Source: Patescibacteria group bacterium
GTDB lineage: Bacteria > Patescibacteriota > Patescibacteriia > 2-01-FULL-39-33
Assembly: GCA_041645075.1 (NCBI GenBank)
Contig: JBAZQS010000003.1
Coordinates: 6,710 to 70,709, forward strand
Direction: 5' to 3'
Length of the DNA: 64,000 bases
Position 1 is the first letter of the stretch, and every line of letters starts with the position of its first letter. Positions 29,768 to 38,659 of the stretch are shown in pieces. Both the position numbers and the translations under genes were made by a program. The notes beneath the pieces are model-generated. The model saw only the letters and a program-made list of their open reading frames with translations, searched no databases and had not been told where the DNA came from.

Positions 29768-31003
29768 TTATTCATATCTCAACGCCTCAATGGGATTTAA
29801 TTTTGCGGCTTTTCTGGCCGGGTAAATACCGAAAATCAAACCAACGCCGGCGGCCACGCCCAGACCAAGTAGAATTGAACTGGGCGTGATGACCAGAGCC
29901 CAATTATAACCCAAATATCTTGCCACCAGGGCGACTAACGCTGATAGCGCGCCGCCCATAATAACACCGAGCAAACCGCCCAATAAAGCAACCGTGATGG
30001 TTTCCAAAATAAATTGCGCTAAAATATTTGACCGTTTCGCGCCCACGGCTCGGCGCAAGCCCACTTCCCTGACTCTTTCATTGACGGCCGCCAGCATAAT
30101 ATTCATGACGCCGACACCGCCGACAACCAGAGAAATGGCGGCGATGGCCGCCAAGAAAAATTTTAGGGCGTCGGTAATGGTGAGTAATGCCTGAATGGCG
30201 TCCTTGGTGTTTCTCACCGAAAAATCATCATCGCCAGCGGCCGAGATATTGTGCCGGTCGCGCAATAATAACGCGATATCTTCGGTGGCCTTATCCATAT
30301 TTTCGGCGCGATTAATTTTAACCCTGATATAATTAACATATCTTACGCCCAATAGTATTTTTTGAGCGGTTTGCGCCGGCACTAAAACAATATTATCTTG
30401 ATTTTGAAAACCGGCCGTTCCCCTTTCCTTCATTACCCCGATGACTTCAAAAAATTCATTTTTAATCTTTATTTTTTTACCCAAAGGGTTATTATCATCA
30501 AATAAATCTTTCCCCGCTTGATCGCCAAGCACGGCCACGCGAGCCGAAGCCGCGTCTTCTTCCGGAGTAAAAAAACGGCCATTCGCCACTTCGGTATTTT
30601 CTACTGACGGATAACCGCTCATGACGCCATTAAATTGGGTGGCGTTTTTAATATTTTGGTAACTGATATTGCCCATCCCCGTATTATATGAACTCACGGC
30701 CGCAATATTGGGCACTTGTTCGGCGATGGCTTGAGCGTCTTCATATTTTAAAGTCGTGATAATAATGCCCAGAACCGAAGCGGGCGGGCCGTTTTGGTCG
30801 GATTTTCCCGGCAAAATTCCAACCAAATTTGTGCCGATTGAATTTAATTGGTTTATAATCAAACTTTGAGCGCCGGCGCCCACCGACATAATAATCACGA
30901 CCGAAGCAATGCCGATGATAATGCCCAAGCCAGTTAAAAAACTCCGGACTTTATTGGTTCGTAACACGGAAAAGGATAGTTTAAGAGTATCAGTAAATCG
31001 CAT
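29768..31003 (-). CDS. MacB-like ABC transporter permease
   Basis: RSFLTGLGIIIGI, GGVGVMNIML..V.ER..EVGLRRAVGA. Confidence 0.92.
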   Translation of the reverse strand: MRFTDTLKLSFSVLRTNKVRSFLTGLGIIIGIASVVIIMSVGAGAQSLIINQLNSIGTNLVGILPGKSDQNGPPASVLGIIITTLKYEDAQAIAEQVPNIAAVSSYNTGMGNISYQNIKNATQFNGVMSGYPSVENTEVANGRFFTPEEDAASARVAVLGDQAGKDLFDDNNPLGKKIKIKNEFFEVIGVMKERGTAGFQNQDNIVLVPAQTAQKILLGVRYVNYIRVKINRAENMDKATEDIALLLRDRHNISAAGDDDFSVRNTKDAIQALLTITDALKFFLAAIAAISLVVGGVGVMNIMLAAVNERVREVGLRRAVGAKRSNILAQFILETITVALLGGLLGVIMGGALSALVALVARYLGYNWALVITPSSILLGLGVAAGVGLIFGIYPARKAAKLNPIEALRYE

Positions 31004-31023
31004 TAGTTAAAAATTTATAAATA

Positions 31024-31737
31024 TTATTTCGCAAACTCTCCATTGTTCGCGCTCCGCCTTTCGCTGACCATAAAATCTTCAACAATTAAGCCGTCTCTTA
31101 AGCGAATAATTCTTTTGGCGTGACGCGCCGTATCGCTTTCGTGCGTCACTAAGATAATGGTGCGCCCCTGGTCATTTAACTTTTCTAAAATCTGCATGAT
31201 CGCTTGGCCTGATTTGGTGTCCAGATTGCCGGTGGGCTCATCGGCAAAAATCAAACTCGGATTATTTACCAGCGCGCGGGCAATGGCCACCCTTTGTTTT
31301 TCACCGCCGGAAAGCTGATTGGAAAGATTATTGGTTTGAGGCGATAAGCCGACGGCTTCAATCGCGTCTCTGACGATTTTATCGTGGTCTTTTTGCCGGC
31401 TATATAAAAGCGGCAAACGGACATTGTCATAAACCGTGGTCTTCGGTAAAAGATTAAATGATTGAAAAACAAAACCCACTTCCTCATTTCTGATTTTTGC
31501 CAGTTGATTATCATCTAAATTGCTTACCTCGCGCCCCTTAAATTTATAATCACCCGAGGTCGGGGTATCCAAAAAACCAAGAATGTGCATTAAGGTGGAT
31601 TTGCCCGAGCCGGACGGCCCCATAATGGCCACGAATTCGCCGCCATCAATATTAAAATTTAAGCCGTGAAGAACGCTAGTTATCACCTCGTCGTTGACAT
31701 AGTCCTTTTTTAAATTTTGAACTTCTATTAATGGCAT
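31024..31737 (-). CDS. ABC transporter ATP-binding protein (LolD/MacB type)
   Basis: [33 protein letters not shown]. Confidence 0.96.
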   Translation of the reverse strand: MPLIEVQNLKKDYVNDEVITSVLHGLNFNIDGGEFVAIMGPSGSGKSTLMHILGFLDTPTSGDYKFKGREVSNLDDNQLAKIRNEEVGFVFQSFNLLPKTTVYDNVRLPLLYSRQKDHDKIVRDAIEAVGLSPQTNNLSNQLSGGEKQRVAIARALVNNPSLIFADEPTGNLDTKSGQAIMQILEKLNDQGRTIILVTHESDTARHAKRIIRLRDGLIVEDFMVSERRSANNGEFAK

Positions 31738-31745
31738 AATTTAAA

Positions 31746-31835
31746 TGAATTTTCAATTTTCAATGATTCAAACTTTTATTTTTTTGAAAATTGATTCATT
31801 GGGTCATTTATTGAAAATTGTAAATTGTAAATTAC
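31746..31835. repeat. Heptamer-based inverted-repeat element
   Basis: AATTTTCAATTTTCAAT...ATTGAAAATTGTAAATTGTAAATT, related to 20197-20310. Confidence 0.6.
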
Positions 31836-33595
31836 TATTTTTGTTCTTTCTTAAACGTGACTACTTTCTCGCCCTTGGCCAATCCGGAAATTACTTCCAC
31901 TAACCCATTATCGCCGCGCAAGCCGATGGTTACTGTTTTTTCAGTGGTCTGATTATTATCGCCTAAGACCGCCACGTATTTTTCCGCCACTTCGCCCAAT
32001 GTCGTTTCCCTGACTTTTACCGCCCTTTGGGGAATATACAAAACATTGTCTTTTTCCGCGGTTTTAATCGTAACATCCGAGGTCATACCCGATTTCACCC
32101 TTTCATTCCACGAATCAGAATCAAAACCGACTGTCGTTTGGTAATAAACCACGTCTTGAATAGTAGTTTGCGCGGGATCAATAAAGGTTACCAGGCCCGA
32201 AAAAATATGGTCGGCGCCAAAAGCATCAAGCTGGATTACGGCCTGGTCGCCGATTTTAATTTTAGCAATATCTGATTCCGGTATATTAACTTTGATTTGC
32301 AATTTTTCATTGCCCAGCATTTTAATGGCCGGCTTGGCCAGGCCGTCTTGCCCGCTGGAAACAAAATTTGTCTGCTCGCCCAATTTATAATTCACTTGGA
32401 TAACGGTGCCGTCAATGGGCGCGACAATAGCATAATCTTTCAAACCGACCAGCGTCTGGTCTAATTGCGCTTGGGCTTGAGCGACCTGCGCCCTAGCCGC
32501 GGCCAGGTCAAAAGTCCGGGGACCGGCTTTTTTCAAATCTAATTGCGCCTTAGAAATCGCCAAGGAATTTTCCGCGGCCCCAATCTGTGAATCATAACTA
32601 TTGATATTGTTTGCTAAATTGGACTTGGCGGTTTGCAAGGCATTTAAAGAAGCATTGTTTGCTGATTGCTCGGCATTAATATCTGATTTGATGGCGTCTT
32701 TTTTGGTCTGGGTGTAAACGGCATTTAATATAATGGCATTGGCTAAATTATAAGAATTATCTAAAAGATTAGTAAGGTCGGTTAAAATTATTCTTAACTT
32801 ATCTGCTCGTTCAATAATCAACTTGCTGTCCGTATTATTAACCGAATCAACATCATTGGCTACAAGATTAAAATTCTTGCTGACATTATAATAATCTGAC
32901 TCAACTCGGTTCTTAAGTGCCGTATTGTTTACCAGCAAGTCACTGATTAAATCGCGGTTAATAAAATAATTAAAAATTTTATTTAGGGCGACCTTCACCG
33001 TAAAAACCGCATTATTGATTGAGTCCGAATTTTTCTCTTTTAAAATATTCAACTGCTCGGCGCTTTCTGATTTTTGACTGGCTAAATCGTCAACGGCCTT
33101 AGCGGCCTGCCGTTCCAAAACATTAATATCTTCTGGCGAAGCGCCAGCCATAACTTTAGCCAAATTAGCATTAGCGGCCGCCACATTGGCGCGCTCTTGA
33201 GCAATAACCGGCGCGACATTGCTGGCATCAACTCGGCCGAGAACTTCGCCGGCTTTTACTTTGCCGCCTTGGCCAACTTTTAAATAAATGAGCCGGCCGT
33301 TATTTTTAAAATTAAGATTAATTTCTTCGGACGATTCTATGTTGCCGGTCGCGCTTACCGTCTGGGTAAGCTTGCCCTGTTTGACTGCCTCGGCCGTATA
33401 CTCAATGGCCGGTTTTTTGCCGAAAAAAATCAGGCCCACTACGGCAATAATTAAAATTACTATAACTGCAAACCAAAATAATTTTCTCTTGAATAATTTT
33501 TTAACGCTAAAGCCCTTTTTCGCCCCAACGTCACGTCGGGACGGAATATTAAGGGCTTCATAAGTATTAATTGGATTATTTAAGATTGGCTCCAT
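31835..33595 (-). CDS. Efflux periplasmic adaptor subunit (HlyD/MacA family)
   Basis: TM anchor, VSATG, long coiled coil, APIDGTV, GMTSDV.I, VEVISGL..GEKV. Confidence 0.9.
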   Translation of the reverse strand: MEPILNNPINTYEALNIPSRRDVGAKKGFSVKKLFKRKLFWFAVIVILIIAVVGLIFFGKKPAIEYTAEAVKQGKLTQTVSATGNIESSEEINLNFKNNGRLIYLKVGQGGKVKAGEVLGRVDASNVAPVIAQERANVAAANANLAKVMAGASPEDINVLERQAAKAVDDLASQKSESAEQLNILKEKNSDSINNAVFTVKVALNKIFNYFINRDLISDLLVNNTALKNRVESDYYNVSKNFNLVANDVDSVNNTDSKLIIERADKLRIILTDLTNLLDNSYNLANAIILNAVYTQTKKDAIKSDINAEQSANNASLNALQTAKSNLANNINSYDSQIGAAENSLAISKAQLDLKKAGPRTFDLAAARAQVAQAQAQLDQTLVGLKDYAIVAPIDGTVIQVNYKLGEQTNFVSSGQDGLAKPAIKMLGNEKLQIKVNIPESDIAKIKIGDQAVIQLDAFGADHIFSGLVTFIDPAQTTIQDVVYYQTTVGFDSDSWNERVKSGMTSDVTIKTAEKDNVLYIPQRAVKVRETTLGEVAEKYVAVLGDNNQTTEKTVTIGLRGDNGLVEVISGLAKGEKVVTFKKEQK

Positions 33596-33704
33596 AATTA
33601 TTTATTACTTTTTGTTTAAATTTAAATAATTTTTAACTAAATCATATTAGCATATTTTGGCCAAAAAGTAAATCCCGCCTCATTTTAAAATTTGAGGCGG
33701 GGGT

Positions 33705-33824
33705 TATCTTCCTCCCCCTTTATAAGGGGGAGGCCAGGAGGGGGTGCATTGGGGGGTGGAGGGGGTTAATGCTGATATTTTTTACCCCTCCCCAACCCTC
33801 CCCTTATAAAGGGGAGGGGGTTTA
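33705..33824. repeat. CCCCTCCCCAACCCTCCCC palindromic repeat cluster
   Basis: 33784-33824 matches 6106-6146 (inside mnmA) at 40 of 41 nt. Confidence 0.8.
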
Positions 33825-33878
33825 GGAGGAGTTTCGTAATTCAAGATATCTAATAACGGCAATATTAAACATAAAATT

Positions 33879-35165
33879 TTAAACCGCAACGCGCTTGACG
33901 GTTTTGATAACCAGGAATTTTTCCGCCCGCCTGATGTCGGCCAAGAGGTCGGAGCGGCTCGGATTAAACATAAATAAATTACAGACGCTCCGGCCGCCAT
34001 GCTTGGCGTATCGGCACTGTTCGCCTAACTTTTTGTTGACTTCAATGCCAACAAATGATTTAAGTTTTTTTATTTTTTTTATACCTTTTAATTCGTTTAG
34101 TCGGCCCTCGTCTTTGGCAAAAAATTTCAGGGCCACGGAATAGCCGTTTACTTTTTTGGGAATAATCGGCTTTTTGGGAATGCGGATAAGCACGTCATTC
34201 AAAGAGTGGTCAATGCCGTATGAGAGCTGATATAAGCGAGGGCGAAAACCGCCCACGCGCGGACCGAGTTCAATTATCTTCCAGCCCTCTTCGGTTTTCA
34301 TCAGTTCAATATGAACGGTGGTGCTGCGCAGAGCCAAAGCATAAACCGCTTTTTGCGCCACTCCTTCCGCTTCTTCAATGGATGATTTTTTAAGCAGAGT
34401 CGGCGTCATTTGCTGATAGCCAAAAAAATCATCAAAGCCGATAGTCCGGCCCGTCTTGACGTGCACCATCGGGCAAAAATAAACTTTGCCCCGCGCCGAA
34501 ACATAAACATCAATAGAATACATCTCGCCTTCCATAAATTGCTCAACCAAAACCTTGGGCTCGGCACTCCGCTTATTTTCTTTATAGAGGGTGTGAATTT
34601 TTCTAAAAACCCGCCTTAATGTCTCCTCCAATTCCTCTTCGTGAAAGCAAATGCTCACCAATAAACTCGCAGCTAAGCCCGCCGGCTTAATGACCAAGGG
34701 AAAGCCCACCTTGCTTTTAATTTTTTGGATTGATTCTTTATTTGTCTTGGAAACAATGGTAAATCGCGGAATAATTTTTTTATCATAAACCCGCATTCTT
34801 TCGCGCATCGTAATTTTATCGGTCGCCCAAAACAACGACTCGGCGGTCGGCGTCCGCAAATACGGCACATTGGGGATAATTTTGGCAAAAGTATTGATAT
34901 GCGCCTCGCCCCGGCAAGTAAAAGCCAACAGCTCGTCTTTATACGGCAATAGGGCTTGTTCAATTTTCCAGGACCGGCTTAAATCGCAGGAAATAATAAT
35001 ATCAACATCCAAGCCGGCTAGCTTTTTTTGCTGGGCTTGATTTTTTGAATCCACGACCACCGCGATTTTAAATTTTTCTTTGGTCTTTCGGCTGTATCTT
35101 CTGACACTTTCAATTGTCTCTTTGAAAACGCTATTCACAAAAAGAATAATGTTCCTTTGGGGCAT
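33879..35165 (-). CDS. ATP-grasp domain protein (amino-acid ligase-like)
   Basis: DKITMR, GFPLVIKP, VLVEQFMEG.MYSID, HIELM...IIELGPRVGG. Confidence 0.85.
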   Translation of the reverse strand: MPQRNIILFVNSVFKETIESVRRYSRKTKEKFKIAVVVDSKNQAQQKKLAGLDVDIIISCDLSRSWKIEQALLPYKDELLAFTCRGEAHINTFAKIIPNVPYLRTPTAESLFWATDKITMRERMRVYDKKIIPRFTIVSKTNKESIQKIKSKVGFPLVIKPAGLAASLLVSICFHEEELEETLRRVFRKIHTLYKENKRSAEPKVLVEQFMEGEMYSIDVYVSARGKVYFCPMVHVKTGRTIGFDDFFGYQQMTPTLLKKSSIEEAEGVAQKAVYALALRSTTVHIELMKTEEGWKIIELGPRVGGFRPRLYQLSYGIDHSLNDVLIRIPKKPIIPKKVNGYSVALKFFAKDEGRLNELKGIKKIKKLKSFVGIEVNKKLGEQCRYAKHGGRSVCNLFMFNPSRSDLLADIRRAEKFLVIKTVKRVAV

Positions 35166-35251
35166 TGATTTAAATAATGGCTTAAGTTTAAAACATAAAA
35201 ATTTTTGAAATTCTAGTAATTTTTTTCATGAATTTATCCACAGTTTAGTAT

Positions 35252-35279
35252 TTGACATAATTCGTAGATTTGCTATACT
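35252..35279 (+). promoter_or_regulatory. sigma70-like promoter facing the 3' end of the NYN gene
   Basis: TTGACA-N16-TATACT with extended -10 TG. Confidence 0.45.
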
Positions 35280-35293
35280 AATAATGTCAAACC

Positions 35294-35324
35294 TCTCCCC
35301 GCTTCGGCGGGGGGATTTTTTTTT
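35294..35324 (+). terminator. Intrinsic terminator hairpin
   Basis: CCCCGC-TTCG-GCGGGG followed by a T-run. Confidence 0.6.
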
Positions 35325-35835
35325 ATTTATAGTAAGAAATCTGATCTTTAAGCTTTTTGAGATTGATATATTTTGCTCGATCCAGTAACTCTTTGGCGAT
35401 ATGACCTTTCGTGGACATTACTAGAACTCTTTTATGTTGAGCTTTCACCGCATCCAAGAGTGGAGCAAAGTCGCTATCTCCCGACATTAAAACAAGAGTG
35501 TCGAAATTATTAATATTCCCGAGCACATCAATCGTGAGCTCCACATCCAGATTTCCCTTCCACTCATAGGAGCTTTTTGAAATTTTAATCCGCTTTACTT
35601 CTTTTGCTTTTACAATATAACCGATCTTTTCAAGCTTTTGTATGAAAGAATTTTGTTTGTGATTTTCACCAACTCTTCCCGTATAAAAATAAATAGCGCG
35701 GAGATCGCACTCGCCCTCAAAATACTTTTTTAATTTTTCATAATCCACCCGCCAACGCAAAGTTTGCTGCGAATATAAAATATTCGCAGCATCAATAAAA
35801 ACATACGCCCTGCCTTTGACGAATTGCCCAATCAT
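35323..35835 (-). CDS. NYN domain (LabA/DUF88, PIN-like) protein
   Basis: FIDAAN, KGNLDVEL, MSGDSDF acidic motifs. Confidence 0.9.
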   Translation of the reverse strand: MIGQFVKGRAYVFIDAANILYSQQTLRWRVDYEKLKKYFEGECDLRAIYFYTGRVGENHKQNSFIQKLEKIGYIVKAKEVKRIKISKSSYEWKGNLDVELTIDVLGNINNFDTLVLMSGDSDFAPLLDAVKAQHKRVLVMSTKGHIAKELLDRAKYINLKKLKDQISYYK

Positions 35836-36008
35836 ACTTTATTAAGATTATGTTAAGTTTCCGGCGGAAACGGCGGATTCTGCCAAATCTGCGGAGAACC
35901 ACTAAACGCCCAGTAAAATAATGAATTACCCCGCAGCAGAGCTGACGGGGAATTATCTAATTAAAAAAATAAAATTTTAATAATAATTTTTGGTCCATAA
36001 ATTATTAT

Positions 36009-37787
36009 CTACTTCACTGCCTTTTTTATGTCTTTAATTTCTTTGCCAATCAGCCCCTCCGAATCGTCTAAGTCCTTTTTGAGCTGCTGGAAAATCTTTT
36101 CTTCTTCTTTGGTCAGCGGTCTTTTATTTTGCGTTTTATTGAGTAATTTAATCTGATTCCGGATGTCTTTTTTCAATAAATCAAAGGCCCGATGCAAGGT
36201 CTGCTCGGCTTCTTGAACTTCTTTTCGCAGTCGGTTTCTAAAGAGGACAAATTTATGCCAGCCAAACCAAAGAATAAACAAAAGCAGGATAACTAAGGCC
36301 GCCAACGGCACCGCGACCGAAAGCAAGGCGACTGCCAGCGACCCTACCCGCAAGAAAGCCGGACGCTTGACCGCCATCGTCAGCTTTTCGGTGGGCAAAC
36401 TTTTGGCTTGCCGTTCATCCACCACCTCGGCCCAAAAATTATAAATGCCGTCTTTTAGCCGTTCATCAGCGATAAAAGTAAAATTTCCTTTTTCATCGGC
36501 TTTTACGCTCTGGCTTTTTAACTCCCCTTTTTCTCCTTGAAACCACATCGTTACTAATGAACGGAGATAGCGGCTGATTCCTTTTATCACTAAAATTTCG
36601 CCGCTGGCCAAGACCTTTGGATACTCGGTAATCACCGGCGTCTCCAAGGGCTTAATGGTAAATTCTGCGGTGGCGATTCGGTCATTTCCGGCTTTGTCAA
36701 ACGCCTTGACCACGATGGTGTGTCGGCCAGGCCCTGGCGGCGGCAGAGGGAAAATATGCGGCTGATTTGGTCTTTCTATCTTATCCTCGTAATTGGAAAC
36801 AAACCACTCGCCATTGTCAACTTTTACATCGCAATGTCCCGCTATCCCCGAAAGCGAATCTTCGTGGTCAACTATTATGGTGGGACGGGGATTGTCTGTT
36901 TCATTGCCATCAACAAATCTTATCTCAAACGGCTCGGGCGGCGTCGTGTCAATTTGAATTTTAAAATGAGTGATTGGTCCCCAGCCGGCAGAATTCCTCA
37001 TTTTTATATGGAAATACCAAACACCATCTTCAATGTTTTCATATGACTTGGCGGCAAATAGGCCATTGGAAACCGGGCCCGGGTTAGAGGTGGGGCTTTG
37101 GCTGAAATACACGCTCACCCCATTAACATTAGCCGGCAAAGCCCAGGAAAATTGCGGATTTTTATTACTATACCATTTATTGGACTCCGGGTGAGTGGCC
37201 GAGGATACTTGAGGCGCCGAAGGCGCGCCGGAAATTGGCGCCGGCGCGAGCTTCTCTTCCGTTACCTCGGGAACGGTTGGCACGGCGCCGCCCAAACTAA
37301 ACTGTGCGCTCCCCAAACTTGCCAAAATATTAGTGCCCTTGCCATCATTGGCGAGCGCCGAGCCCGAGGAAAAATTAAGCCGAGCGGTACCGGCTGTTTT
37401 CACTTTAAAATTTGCGGTAAGAACTTTACCGGCCGCCCCGCTAAATCCCGGATTAAGCACAATCCCTTCAAAATTAATTACGCCGGCGCTGTTGGAAAAT
37501 GACGGCTCCAAAACCCAGAGAGAAAAAATGGAGCCGGATTTTGAAAGAGAAGTAATTTCCAGTTTATCGCGCGGGAAAGAAATCACGCCCGAGGCCGCGT
37601 TCATGGCTTGGTCGGCGCTGGAAACATAGACATTGACGTTAAAAGTTTTTCCCACCGCATAGGAGCCGGAGGAGGGGGAAAAATACAGCGAGGCGGCTTG
37701 CGCTGTTGCGGGCAGAATGCCAAAAACAATAAACAGCAACGCGCTGCTAATTAGCAAGCATCTTACATTTTTAAATATTTCCTCCAT
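36009..37787 (-). CDS. Cohesin-domain surface protein with Ig-like domains and C-terminal TM anchor
   Basis: Signal peptide; SLYFSPSSG...NAASGVISFP..SIFSLW..EP..ALANDG.GTN cohesin-like; DTTPP, KAFDKAGN; TM helix then coiled tail. Confidence 0.8.
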   Translation of the reverse strand: MEEIFKNVRCLLISSALLFIVFGILPATAQAASLYFSPSSGSYAVGKTFNVNVYVSSADQAMNAASGVISFPRDKLEITSLSKSGSIFSLWVLEPSFSNSAGVINFEGIVLNPGFSGAAGKVLTANFKVKTAGTARLNFSSGSALANDGKGTNILASLGSAQFSLGGAVPTVPEVTEEKLAPAPISGAPSAPQVSSATHPESNKWYSNKNPQFSWALPANVNGVSVYFSQSPTSNPGPVSNGLFAAKSYENIEDGVWYFHIKMRNSAGWGPITHFKIQIDTTPPEPFEIRFVDGNETDNPRPTIIVDHEDSLSGIAGHCDVKVDNGEWFVSNYEDKIERPNQPHIFPLPPPGPGRHTIVVKAFDKAGNDRIATAEFTIKPLETPVITEYPKVLASGEILVIKGISRYLRSLVTMWFQGEKGELKSQSVKADEKGNFTFIADERLKDGIYNFWAEVVDERQAKSLPTEKLTMAVKRPAFLRVGSLAVALLSVAVPLAALVILLLFILWFGWHKFVLFRNRLRKEVQEAEQTLHRAFDLLKKDIRNQIKLLNKTQNKRPLTKEEEKIFQQLKKDLDDSEGLIGKEIKDIKKAVK

Positions 37788-38656
37788 AAAATTTTTATTG
37801 CGTAAGTAATAGCGAATCCTAATATAATTATAAGCCAATTCTCATAGTTTTCATACCAACGAAGCGGATTCCGCGGTGAAATTTGTTCCACTCGTGTATT
37901 GCCGGCTTTATCAACCGCTTTCACAAAAATATAACTGCGCAATTCTTGATCTTGCAAAATATATGGGCTTTCTTTTTGAGACCACCTTTGAAATATATCA
38001 AAAAACTTCTGGCGGGATTCCCTTATCTCATAATGGTCAATACCCGAACCTTTATCTTGAGTAGCGAAAACAACAAACCACTTACCGCCAAAAGTCGACT
38101 CATCTTTGGCAATTTCCGGCATAAATGATTCTGGCGACTCGGTATCTTTTACTTTTGTAACTATGGGGGTTACAGCCAGAGCTTCCAAAGAGATCGTTAT
38201 CTCAAGCGGCGCTGTTGTTAAAGCCGCCGAAGATCCCATACCGTCATTTCGCAAAACTTTTGCGTCGCTAACTTCAAAATGGGCAATACCTTCCGATTTT
38301 GCTTCTAAGACAGCCGAAAAAAGCAGGCCGTTATTTCCTTGAAATCCGCCGGGCGTGATGCCAGAAAATGTAACGGTGTCATTTTGCGCCTTAGGTCTAT
38401 CAATCCAAAAATTTATAAGTGAATTCCCGTCTCGTATCTCTTTTACCCCAACAAGATTGCTTGGAAAAATAATTTTTCCTTCAAGCGCGTTAACGCTTTC
38501 TTCCGGAGTATTTATAAGAAGCTTAACCTCAAATTGCTCGCCAACTCCCACTCCGCTTGTTTTCGCTTCAAAGAAAAGATCAGCCGCAAAAACGAGTTGA
38601 GGCAAGATCAGTCCCAACAATAATACCAATAAAATTTTAGTTAGAAAATGTTTCAT
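37763..38656 (-). CDS. Cohesin-domain protein with C-terminal TM helix
   Basis: Signal peptide; NALEGKI.FP...GNSLINFW..P..FSGITPGGF..NDG.G; DKGSGIDHYE; KAVDKAGN. Confidence 0.8.
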   Translation of the reverse strand: MKHFLTKILLVLLLGLILPQLVFAADLFFEAKTSGVGVGEQFEVKLLINTPEESVNALEGKIIFPSNLVGVKEIRDGNSLINFWIDRPKAQNDTVTFSGITPGGFQGNNGLLFSAVLEAKSEGIAHFEVSDAKVLRNDGMGSSAALTTAPLEITISLEALAVTPIVTKVKDTESPESFMPEIAKDESTFGGKWFVVFATQDKGSGIDHYEIRESRQKFFDIFQRWSQKESPYILQDQELRSYIFVKAVDKAGNTRVEQISPRNPLRWYENYENWLIIILGFAITYAIKILWRKYLKM

Positions 38657-38659
38657 AAA

